Virus record (IMG/VR): IMGVR_UViG_3300030372_000565 | Span: 1 to 47,288 of that record | Direction: 5' to 3' (one strand) | Origin: a virus | Taxonomy: Duplodnaviria; Caudoviricetes | Length of the DNA: 47,288 bases | Shown here: positions 26,232-34,090 of the stretch, one piece after another | Position numbering within the stretch: position 1 is the first letter of the stretch | Layout: every line of letters starts with the position of its first letter | The notes under the pieces: generated by a model | Databases searched by the model: none | Seen by the model: only the letters and a program-made list of their open reading frames with translations | Told to the model about the DNA's origin: nothing | Program-made: the position numbers and the translations under genes

Positions 26232-27017
26232 ATGAATAGTAATAATCCATTTGAAACTTTTGGGATAGAACACCTATCTAATTACTCTACCACTTTATTC
26301 ATAGAAAACACCCCTAAGTGGGTTCTTAATTACCTCTATAAGATTAGAAGCAAGACAAACTCAGCCATGCTTAGAGGTACAGTGGTAGACCATGAGATAG
26401 GCAGGCAAGACAAAGAAGAACTACCGATTAACGAATCAATACAAAGGGCAATTCTTGAATATGACACAACCATCAAACAACTAAAAAAAGAAGATGCTTT
26501 TGATGTTGATAAGGACAAAGAACTAAAAGAGAAAGAGAACTTAGCTAAGTATCTTGAACTTGCGATACCTCACTACAAGAACTTAGGTAAGCCTGAATCT
26601 TATCAAAAGAAAATAGAATTACAGTTAGACGAACTTCCAGTACCGATTATTGGGTATTGCGACCTAACTTATAAAGAAGGCATAGTCAGGGACATAAAGA
26701 CGACTGGCAAGCTACCTTCTGAAATAACTGATTCAGTCAAAAGGCAACTGTCCATTTACAGTACCGCCTTAGACGGATATGTACCGCTAGTAGACTACGT
26801 TGTTGTTAATCGCTCAAGACAAGAAGTGATAACTATGCAGGTCAACGATGTGGATAAATGGATGTCACAAGTAAAGGGGGCTGCAATAGCAATTCAGAAC
26901 CTTTTGTCTTTGGGCGACTTAAATGAAATAACTTCAGTGATGTACCCTGACTTTTCCGATTGGAAGTGGTCAGAATATGAAATTGCTGAAGCAAAGAAAA
27001 TATGGAGTATAAAATGA
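26232..27017 (+). CDS. PD-(D/E)XK exonuclease (RecB/Cas4-like)
   Basis: HLS, RGTVVD, IIGYCD, RDIKTT, QLSIY. Confidence 0.85.
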   Translation: MNSNNPFETFGIEHLSNYSTTLFIENTPKWVLNYLYKIRSKTNSAMLRGTVVDHEIGRQDKEELPINESIQRAILEYDTTIKQLKKEDAFDVDKDKELKEKENLAKYLELAIPHYKNLGKPESYQKKIELQLDELPVPIIGYCDLTYKEGIVRDIKTTGKLPSEITDSVKRQLSIYSTALDGYVPLVDYVVVNRSRQEVITMQVNDVDKWMSQVKGAAIAIQNLLSLGDLNEITSVMYPDFSDWKWSEYEIAEAKKIWSIK

Positions 27018-27697
27018 ATGTTGAATTGACATACAAAGAAGTTTGGGCAACTTTAAATGCCTTAGACCTAAGCGAGCACCATGAAAAGAAAGGTAAGTAT
27101 ACTTATTTATCTTGGACTGATGCGTGGCAAATACTTATGGAGCAATATCCTTTTGCAGCCTATGAATTTAAGCCTGAAACTTATGAATCAAATGAAACTG
27201 TAATGACGCATTGCACTGTTAGGATTGGAAATTTAAGCAGGTATATGTGGCTACCTGTGATGGATAACAGGTTAGTATCAATCAAGAATCCTACGACTAG
27301 AGAGATACAAGATGCTCGTATGAGGTGTTTGGTTAAGTGTTTAGCTATGTATGGTTTAGCAAACTATATTTATAGGGGCGAAGATTTACCTGATGCAGCT
27401 AAAGACAAGGCGGAAGCAAAAGTGACAGAAGAAGCCGAGCAAGAAGTTGATACTTCTACAGGTTATAACATTAAAGGTCTTAATGGAAAAATTATGACTA
27501 ACTGTGCAACAGCACAAGACTTGTTAGTGTCTATGAGAGTAGAGTTCCAAAAAACAGTAGATGAAAAAATACCATTTAAAGGGCTATACATAATGAACAA
27601 GGACGAGATACAAAGAGCCTATGATAGTTTGGCTGATGATGACAAGGAAACCAAGAAGGGATTTCAGTCATTAATGGAACTAGGAGAGTCATCATGA
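27014..27697 (+). CDS. Sak3/DUF1071-like ssDNA annealing protein
   Basis: YLSWTDAW, MWLPVMD, RCLVKCLAMYGL..YIY.GEDLP. Confidence 0.85.
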   Translation: MNVELTYKEVWATLNALDLSEHHEKKGKYTYLSWTDAWQILMEQYPFAAYEFKPETYESNETVMTHCTVRIGNLSRYMWLPVMDNRLVSIKNPTTREIQDARMRCLVKCLAMYGLANYIYRGEDLPDAAKDKAEAKVTEEAEQEVDTSTGYNIKGLNGKIMTNCATAQDLLVSMRVEFQKTVDEKIPFKGLYIMNKDEIQRAYDSLADDDKETKKGFQSLMELGESS

Positions 27698-27972
27698 ATA
27701 AGATGACACTAGAAGATTGTCTTTATCAGGTTATGAAAGATGGGGGGTGGTATAGCTTTTGGCAACTACAAGAACTTATCTCAACTAAATTTGATAAATT
27801 CTATGGTGAGCCAACCATTTCTGCAGGGCTTAGGAGATTCAGGCATCAAGAAGAACGCTTAAAGTATAATCTTGAAACTTACGGAGAGGTTTTGCAGAAA
27901 AAAAGAAGGGCATCAGGTAAGGGCTATGAATACAAACTGGTTCTTAAACAACAACAACACGCTTTATTTTAG
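27694..27972 (+). CDS. Hypothetical winged-helix protein
   Basis: EPTISAGLR, YEYKL. Confidence 0.5.
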   Translation: MNKMTLEDCLYQVMKDGGWYSFWQLQELISTKFDKFYGEPTISAGLRRFRHQEERLKYNLETYGEVLQKKRRASGKGYEYKLVLKQQQHALF

Positions 27973-27981
27973 GAGGTAAAA

Positions 27982-28368
27982 GTGGAAAAACAACAATACG
28001 ATAATGAAAAGACTGGGTTTTTGTGGCATGAGACTAATTCAACAGTCATGAGAAAGGGCTCGCTTACTCTTAATGGCAAGAAGCACTATGTAGCAATCAT
28101 AGAATCATACAATGACAGGGGAGAGCCTAAGTATGAGTTCATGATGTCAACAGGTCTGCTTCATGTTAATCAACAACACGAAAAGGTATCTGAGAATAGT
28201 CCTGATATTGGAGGTGCTATAACTATCAACGAGCAAGTATTTAAACTTGGTGGATGGAAGAAAATGAGCAAGAACAATCAGGAGTACACCTCTATTAGCA
28301 TCAAGCCTAAAGAGGAACAAAAAGAGTATGTTCACAAAGAGGAAGATTTGTCTGACGTACCCTTTTAA
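27982..28368 (+). CDS. SSB-like OB-fold protein (DUF736-like)
   Basis: PDIGGAITI...KLGGWKK; acidic DVPF tail; follows annealase. Confidence 0.65.
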   Translation: MEKQQYDNEKTGFLWHETNSTVMRKGSLTLNGKKHYVAIIESYNDRGEPKYEFMMSTGLLHVNQQHEKVSENSPDIGGAITINEQVFKLGGWKKMSKNNQEYTSISIKPKEEQKEYVHKEEDLSDVPF

Positions 28369-28703
28369 TGGCTAAACGATTCGTAGATAAAGAACACCTG
28401 CAATGGATAAGGCAACAACAATGTCTAATTCAAAAAGCAGGGTTCTTATCTTGCGAAGGGTTGGTGGAAGCACACCACTTACTACAACCTAACACTGGCT
28501 TTAGGGGAGGAGTAAAAGCAGGGGACAATGATGTTGTCCCACTGTGCCGATACCATCACTCTTTGCTACACACCAAATACGGAAAAGAAAAAGCCTTTTT
28601 TGAGAACTATGGTCTATCAGAGGACTATGGCAGAGAACAAGCTAAGGCTTTGTATGAAAGTAAACAATTCTATTATGAAATTGATGATGATTTACCCTTC
28701 TAA
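28368..28703 (+). CDS. DUF968/Ref-like HNH-type zinc protein
   Basis: HLQWIRQQQC...C...EAHH...KAGD..VVPLCRYHH. Confidence 0.72.
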   Translation: MAKRFVDKEHLQWIRQQQCLIQKAGFLSCEGLVEAHHLLQPNTGFRGGVKAGDNDVVPLCRYHHSLLHTKYGKEKAFFENYGLSEDYGREQAKALYESKQFYYEIDDDLPF

Positions 28704-28721
28704 AATAATGGAAAATAATGC

Positions 28722-28754
28722 TTGCAATCATGACTAATTAGTCCATAATGTAAT
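28722..28754 (+). promoter_or_regulatory. Promoter TTGCAA-16-CATAAT with operator over the -10 box
   Basis: AGTCC-ataat-GTAAT; 16-mer identical to minus strand 23601-23616; spacer palindrome GACTAATTAGTC. Confidence 0.65.
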
Positions 28755-28771
28755 AGTTAATAACTTGAAAG

Positions 28772-29125
28772 GTGAATAATATGAAAAACACATACGAAAC
28801 TACAAAGACTATCAATCTAGCACCTGAGTCTAAAACTATTAGAAAGTTTTTAGATGAAATGTTAGAAGATAGACATATCAGCATTCAAAGACTCATGTCT
28901 TTACGCAACCTGACTAGAGAACAAGCATCTGACTTGTTTGACGATAATCACAGAGGTTACGAAGAACTTTGGGAATTAGGTTTTCAAAGAAAAGTTGAAG
29001 TTGAAGTTGATTGTGACAATGACTACAAAGAAACAAGAATTTATGGCTACCCTGCTGTAACTTGGAGAAAAAGTCATGGTTATCATCAAACAGACTTTGA
29101 TTCAGAAAATGAGGAGCAGGCATAA
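28772..29125 (+). CDS. Hypothetical protein
   Basis: ORF after promoter; start may be ATG 28781. Confidence 0.6.
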   Translation: MNNMKNTYETTKTINLAPESKTIRKFLDEMLEDRHISIQRLMSLRNLTREQASDLFDDNHRGYEELWELGFQRKVEVEVDCDNDYKETRIYGYPAVTWRKSHGYHQTDFDSENEEQA

Positions 29126-29138
29126 GCCTGCTTTCCTC
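29111..29138 (+). terminator. GC-rich hairpin at gene end
   Basis: AGCAGGC-ataa-GCCTGCT with short U run. Confidence 0.45.
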
Positions 29139-29151
29139 TATAGGAGATAAT

Positions 29152-29442
29152 ATGAAATTTGATATAGAAGGGGTTAGGACAACAACGATTGTTACAACTA
29201 TGGTGCAAACAGAAGAAATATCAGGAGAGATAAATATAACAAAAAAAGAGGTCATGCGAGTTACAGAATGTTTAGCAAGTGAAGATGGAGATTCTAAATC
29301 TTGGTATTCTTATGTCACACAAGCTATTGAAGAAGGAGCAAGGCATGAAGAAATAGATATTAAAAGAAATATTATATCAAGCGATTTCAAAGAAGAAGAA
29401 AACATTACTTGGGAAAGAGGGGTACAAGCAGATTGGTGGTAA
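29152..29442 (+). CDS. Hypothetical protein
   Basis: AGGAG RBS. Confidence 0.6.
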   Translation: MKFDIEGVRTTTIVTTMVQTEEISGEINITKKEVMRVTECLASEDGDSKSWYSYVTQAIEEGARHEEIDIKRNIISSDFKEEENITWERGVQADWW

Positions 29443-29451
29443 GGAGATAAT

Positions 29452-29577
29452 ATGAAAAGAATGGCAACTAGAACTAAACCAATATTTCCACAGTTAAATA
29501 ACTTCCTATATCAGTTGGCTTACTGCCTTCTGTTATTAGGATTTATGTTCTTATTTCTTTTTCAATTAGGGGGTTAA
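29452..29577 (+). CDS. 41-aa single-TM peptide not in ORF track
   Basis: Same AGGAGATAATATGAAA start context as 29152. Confidence 0.6.
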   Translation: MKRMATRTKPIFPQLNNFLYQLAYCLLLLGFMFLFLFQLGG

Positions 29578-29580
29578 AAA

Positions 29581-30972
29581 ATGGCTAAAGAAAAAAATAC
29601 ATTGAATCCTGCCTTTTATAAAATGATGGATAATTTTTTAGACCCTTTTAAAAGTTGGATTGCACTTTCTGATTCACAAATGACAGGTTATGACCTTGCA
29701 ACAACTCAAGACTTCATGCAAGAAGAACATAAATTACAAAGCAAGTACGGAAATAATTATCAACAAATGATTATGAATAATAAAATTCCTTATGAAGAAA
29801 TTTCTGTATTGAACCAACAACTTTATTATGAACAGGAATATCTCAAAGAAGAATATGACCTTTGGTTAGATTGTTTGAAAATGCAATTTGACGTACAAAC
29901 TCTACATAAATACCTGCCAAAAAAAACGGAACTGATAGAGTTTTTTTCTGATGTTCAACTGCGTATGCCACATGAAAAAACTTTGCTCATACAAGAGTAT
30001 GATAAAAATAGCTGTGCTTTAGTCAGTATAAAAGAAACAAAAGCAAAAGATTTTAAGAAAAAAATAAAACCAATAGCTTTAAATAATAGTGCAGGTGTTA
30101 TATCTAGGAGAAACAAGTTACACCCAAAAAGAATATTTAATTCTTGGAATTTAAAAAGAAATGAAAGTGTTTACGAAGCAAAAATAAGTGTTTTTACAAA
30201 CCTAACGCATGACAGTATATTGAATAAAGAAGAACATGATTTAAAAGATATTTCTTTTTTAACTAGACCCACTTGTTTTTCAGTTCCTGTATCTTTTTCT
30301 TTCCCTGCAGGTTTGTCACTTGACAAGTATCAATACTTTCACCCAACGAAAGATGAAGGAATAAAATCTTTAATAACAAGCTACGCACCTAATAAAACTG
30401 GTGGTTCAATGTTTAAGATGTCTGACCCTTACTTTGCACCTATATTCTTTCCTGATTCTTTCCGTTTTAAAAACAAAATACTCAACACAGAAAAACAACA
30501 GTATTATTTAACAAATACAGAGCCTTTTAATATACAAGCAAGTTATATGGAGATGAATGACGCTGCATATATGTTAGTAATGAATGCAATGACACACATG
30601 AGCATATACAGTCACCCTGATTTTAGAGAATTTTGTGTCCGCAAACTCAAAAAGCAAGGACAGCAACCACAACAAATAACTTTAAAAAAAGGAGAACCTT
30701 TTAAGAAACAAATAAACAAACCTAAGTTTGAACATTATTTGCTTGACCTAACTATACCTGCTGAAAGCGATGACCATACTGACGGAGAAGCAGGTAAAAA
30801 AAGGTATCACTTAGTGAGGGGTCATTTGATGCGAACCAATAAAGGTAAATTTACTTGGAGACAATCGCACTGGCGAGGTAACAAAAAACTAGGAGTAATT
30901 ACAAAAGATTACAACATAGAAGTAGATAGACGTATCAAAAACGATAATGAGGATAGTTTTAGAATTAACTAA
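29581..30972 (+). CDS. Large hypothetical protein with C-terminal HxVRGH...HWRG motif
   Basis: 463-aa ORF; RYHLVRGHLMR...WRQSHWRG. Confidence 0.7.
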   Translation: MAKEKNTLNPAFYKMMDNFLDPFKSWIALSDSQMTGYDLATTQDFMQEEHKLQSKYGNNYQQMIMNNKIPYEEISVLNQQLYYEQEYLKEEYDLWLDCLKMQFDVQTLHKYLPKKTELIEFFSDVQLRMPHEKTLLIQEYDKNSCALVSIKETKAKDFKKKIKPIALNNSAGVISRRNKLHPKRIFNSWNLKRNESVYEAKISVFTNLTHDSILNKEEHDLKDISFLTRPTCFSVPVSFSFPAGLSLDKYQYFHPTKDEGIKSLITSYAPNKTGGSMFKMSDPYFAPIFFPDSFRFKNKILNTEKQQYYLTNTEPFNIQASYMEMNDAAYMLVMNAMTHMSIYSHPDFREFCVRKLKKQGQQPQQITLKKGEPFKKQINKPKFEHYLLDLTIPAESDDHTDGEAGKKRYHLVRGHLMRTNKGKFTWRQSHWRGNKKLGVITKDYNIEVDRRIKNDNEDSFRIN

Positions 30973-30997
30973 GCAGTAAAAACAAAAGAGAGAAAAC

Positions 30998-31258
30998 ATG
31001 ATACAAGATTTTGATTTAGAATTTTATAGAGGTAAAACCTGTGTAGTTTATTATGAGAGTACAGATAAAGGTAAAGTCAAATACATACAAGCATTTGAAG
31101 ATTACGAAGAAGCACAAACCTTTAGGAAAATATTAGAAAAACAAAAGGATAAATTTTGCGTCAGTTTTATAAATATGGATTATTTTCAAGATGAAGGTAT
31201 TAGGGCTTTTTTAGACGTACATAAAAACGCAGTTACACCAACTAAGAGGTTGCACTAA
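30998..31258 (+). CDS. Hypothetical protein
   Basis: ORF coupled to the next. Confidence 0.55.
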   Translation: MIQDFDLEFYRGKTCVVYYESTDKGKVKYIQAFEDYEEAQTFRKILEKQKDKFCVSFINMDYFQDEGIRAFLDVHKNAVTPTKRLH

Positions 31259-31467
31259 TGAAAGAAGAAGATATAACACCCTGTCATGAATGCGGAACTT
31301 TGTCAGGAGAAGATGGCTACTGGTTAGCTAGAGATGGTAAGAACTACTGTAACTATTGTTATGGTTATGTTTTTTATCCTAGATATTATGGCTTTACTAA
31401 AGAAGATTTTGAGGAAGGCAAAGCAGGCTACACCATAGATGGAAAGCCTATTCACAAAGTTCACTAA
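31258..31467 (+). CDS. Small zinc-finger protein
   Basis: CHEC...CNYC. Confidence 0.6.
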   Translation: MKEEDITPCHECGTLSGEDGYWLARDGKNYCNYCYGYVFYPRYYGFTKEDFEEGKAGYTIDGKPIHKVH

Positions 31468-31637
31468 TGTCAGGATTTTTATACAGCAGAAACGAATCCT
31501 ACGAAGATAACTTCCAAAGGTGGTGGTTGGCTAATAGCCTGTTAGCAGAAATGCACAATCAAGAATCTTATGGTGAGGATTACGCTAGGAAATTATTTGA
31601 TTATTATTTTGGGAGCAAGAGAAGTGAAAAAAATTAA
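31467..31637 (+). CDS. 56-aa protein not in ORF track; paralog of 22405..22581
   Basis: MSGFLYSRNESYEDNFQRWWLAN...; TAATG coupling. Confidence 0.68.
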   Translation: MSGFLYSRNESYEDNFQRWWLANSLLAEMHNQESYGEDYARKLFDYYFGSKRSEKN

Positions 31638-31914
31638 GTTAATTGATGCTAATTCTTCAAGCAAAGAATATAGAGATAAATATAATAAAATGAGAAGCGA
31701 AAGATATGGAAATGTCTCAATCTCAAAAGAAACACATGAAGAATTACATGAAGCAAGAGAAATCCTAATAAAACTAAATGAATTACTGCCTTTTACTTAT
31801 AAAAAAATTACACAGCACAAAACTATTTTATACGCACTTGTGTTTTTTATTGAGGAGTATGAGGAAGTTATAAAAAGAAAAGGTATAAATTCTTTGTATT
31901 GCAAAAGGAAATAA
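31624..31914 (+). CDS. Hypothetical protein, possibly DNA-binding
   Basis: GTG 31624 preferred to 31570; NVSISKETHEEL. Confidence 0.5.
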   Translation: MKKIKLIDANSSSKEYRDKYNKMRSERYGNVSISKETHEELHEAREILIKLNELLPFTYKKITQHKTILYALVFFIEEYEEVIKRKGINSLYCKRK

Positions 31915-31925
31915 AGGAGTAAGGG

Positions 31926-32081
31926 GTGAGAAAAGCGACACTTAACAACATTGGCTTCCAATCCAACACTGGGTCTAGGGGAAAGAAAACAAGCATAGGC
32001 AGGAAGAACATCGGCACTTCCACCATGAACAAACACACCAAGCGTATGAGAAAGAAAAAATATAGAGGGCAGGGAAAATAA
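31926..32081 (+). CDS. 51-aa highly basic protein ending KKYRGQGK, not in ORF track
   Basis: GTG start after AAGGAG; stop overlaps next ATG. Confidence 0.65.
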   Translation: MRKATLNNIGFQSNTGSRGKKTSIGRKNIGTSTMNKHTKRMRKKKYRGQGK

Positions 32082-32374
32082 TGTTACCGAAAGAATACCA
32101 AGATTACTTTGACGATATGATGTCTAAAATGGATAACGCAAAAGTTCAGATATGTCCTGATTGCGGTGAAACTGATTGGGGTATAATTATAGAGCCAAAA
32201 GTCCTTTTGGTCTGTAATGAATGTGATTACTCTTATACAGATGAACTTCTGTTTCGTGTCATTGTTCCATATCTGCCAAAAACTCAGAAAGAAATGGATG
32301 AACAAAAGGAAAGCAATCCTTTTTATCAATTATCTGTATTAACTCATGTGTTTAGATGCTTGGGGAAAACTTAA
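32081..32374 (+). CDS. Zinc-ribbon protein
   Basis: CPDC...CNEC. Confidence 0.6.
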   Translation: MLPKEYQDYFDDMMSKMDNAKVQICPDCGETDWGIIIEPKVLLVCNECDYSYTDELLFRVIVPYLPKTQKEMDEQKESNPFYQLSVLTHVFRCLGKT

Positions 32375-32392
32375 AATAATTTTTTAAAACAC

Positions 32393-32421
32393 TTGCTATA
32401 TATTCCCACTTGGACTAATAT
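32393..32421 (+). promoter_or_regulatory. Promoter TTGCTA-17-TAATAT with operator ATTCC-cactt-GGACT
   Basis: Read directly. Confidence 0.65.
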
Positions 32422-32426
32422 AGGTA

Positions 32427-32612
32427 GGGTTAGTTACCTCAATACGTTGAGTGAGGAAGGAACAGGACGAACATGGAGACATCCAAACCTGTAAAAGATG
32501 GAGAACTAAGGAGATGTTCTTAGCAAAGCAGACCATCAGACTTCCAACCTGTTAAAAGGGTATTCCTCAAATAACAACTAAGTGAAGGGCGGAGAAATCT
32601 GCCCTTTTTTTT
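32427..32612 (+). ncRNA. Candidate ~185-nt structured ncRNA
   Basis: Own promoter and terminator; nested complementary segments; no long sense ORF. Confidence 0.6.
32585..32612 (+). terminator. Rho-independent terminator
   Basis: AAGGGCGGA-gaaa-TCTGCCCTT plus T8 run. Confidence 0.9.
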
Positions 32613-32637
32613 ATGAGAAATAAACAACCGAAAAGAG

Positions 32638-32665
32638 TTGCAATAAATCCAAAAGGGACTATAAT
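32638..32665 (+). promoter_or_regulatory. Promoter TTGCAA-16-TATAAT with operator AATCC-aaaag-GGACT
   Basis: Read directly. Confidence 0.7.
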
Positions 32666-32697
32666 AGATAGTGTTAATTAAATGAAAAGGAGATAAA

Positions 32698-33051
32698 ATG
32701 AAATACTTAATAATAGACCCACAAACATACAAGGTTGTAATCAATCAGTATGGCTCAACAAGATTCTTTGACTCAGTAAGAGGTGCAAAAACTTCTTTGA
32801 CATCTAAGATTAAAAAGGTTGCAGCGAGAAATGCTGAGTACATAAACGAATACGGTGTAGGTGGATTTGATAATAACACTGGCAAAGAGTTAGAGATTCT
32901 TCAAAGAGCAGTGGTCATAGAAGAAAACGAATTTAAAAGTAAAGAGCCTATGGTAATTAAAAAATGTTTTATGACTGGTGATACTTTTATAGAACCACTA
33001 AACACACCTTACTCTGCAAGCAGAAGTTCAGAAACTTTCTGGTCATCTTAA
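32698..33051 (+). CDS. Hypothetical monocistronic early protein
   Basis: AAGGAG RBS; flanked by promoter and terminator. Confidence 0.7.
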   Translation: MKYLIIDPQTYKVVINQYGSTRFFDSVRGAKTSLTSKIKKVAARNAEYINEYGVGGFDNNTGKELEILQRAVVIEENEFKSKEPMVIKKCFMTGDTFIEPLNTPYSASRSSETFWSS

Positions 33052-33057
33052 AACAGC

Positions 33058-33093
33058 AAAAGAAAGAGGGGGTCAATAGACTCCCTTTTTTTT
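33058..33093. terminator. Bidirectional terminator
   Basis: A-rich tract, AGGGGGTC-aata-GACTCCCT, T run; between convergent genes. Confidence 0.85.
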
Positions 33094-33096
33094 GTT

Positions 33097-33456
33097 TTAA
33101 ATATCCATCCACTGCCAAGTATTGACATTGGCTTTATTTTCACCAGTGTAATTAACTGAATAATATTTGTTTTTTTTTGCAAGTTTTTTGGTTGATTTTA
33201 TATATGTTTGTTCAAGTTCACACAAATTGACATAAGATATATTTTTTAGACTTTCTAAAATCTCTTTTTTGAATATTTCTTTGCCGTAAATTCTTTTGTA
33301 GTGATAAATAATTAGTGACGAGCCAAAGTAATTAGGATTATTTTTTGTATCTAATCCAATGTAGACGTAGTTTTTATTATCTATAGTAAAACTAATTTTA
33401 TATATCTCTGCTTTCTCTACTGTTTTAGCGGTTGATAATTCGTAGTCCATAAGCAC
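33097..33456 (-). CDS. GIY-YIG (Seg-like) endonuclease domain protein
   Basis: EIYKI...YIG...YFGSS...YGKEIFKKEIL...E. Confidence 0.72.
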   Translation of the reverse strand: MLMDYELSTAKTVEKAEIYKISFTIDNKNYVYIGLDTKNNPNYFGSSLIIYHYKRIYGKEIFKKEILESLKNISYVNLCELEQTYIKSTKKLAKKNKYYSVNYTGENKANVNTWQWMDI

Positions 33457-33520
33457 AGATTATAATACAAAGGGCTGTATATTTACGAATTGGACTTTAT
33501 TTGATAATATTTGATAAATA

Positions 33521-34090
33521 ATGACTAACAAATCTGTTAAATCTAAATTAACTGAAGAGTTAAGAACAATCATAAGAACTGAATTTGTGCAGGGCATTGA
33601 GTCTGAGACTGGTGAAAGAACCTTTTATACTTTAGAAGATTTGATCAAAAAATATAATTTAGCATCAGCAACGCTTTATAGATGTGCTAAAAAAGAAAAC
33701 TGGAAACAGTTGAGAGAACAATATAACTCAGAGTTTCAAGAAAAGTTAAATGAAATTAGGTCAAAGAAGTTAGCACAAAAATCTATAAATTGGGATGATG
33801 CAGTATTTGAATCTGCAAAAGAATTGCAAGGACAGGCAATGTACTACTTAAAATTAAATAAAAATGCAATGGAAAATGAAACCAAACCATTTCCTCCTAG
33901 TCAATTTTTAGCTATATCTAACGCATTTTTAATATCACAAAAACTAGGAAAAATTGCTCTTGGAGAAATAACAGAAAATATAAATGTCAACACAACAAGT
34001 AAAGAAGCAGATGCCTTCAGAGAAGCTATGGAACTGCTTGACACAGTTGCAGAGTCACGCAGAGAAGGAAACAATAAAGCTATACACTGA
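33521..34090 (+). CDS. terS: Terminase small subunit
   Basis: HTH-like TLEDLIKKYNL...KENW; directly upstream of terL. Confidence 0.7.
   Translation: MTNKSVKSKLTEELRTIIRTEFVQGIESETGERTFYTLEDLIKKYNLASATLYRCAKKENWKQLREQYNSEFQEKLNEIRSKKLAQKSINWDDAVFESAKELQGQAMYYLKLNKNAMENETKPFPPSQFLAISNAFLISQKLGKIALGEITENINVNTTSKEADAFREAMELLDTVAESRREGNNKAIH

Noticed and set aside
32440-32500. Hammerhead ribozyme in the ncRNA candidate (GGACGAAC)
   Set aside because: No CUGANGA core, and the GAAA core is incomplete
32520-32744. Minus-strand 74-aa ORF
   Set aside because: Runs across a + strand terminator, promoter and gene start; likely spurious
22176-33456. Lysogeny module
   Set aside because: No integrase, serine recombinase or ParA motifs recognised; only a Cro-like HTH
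33984-34090. terS-terL programmed frameshift
   Set aside because: ORFs overlap, but I found no slippery heptamer; alternative starts at ATG 34011 or TTG 34047 explain it
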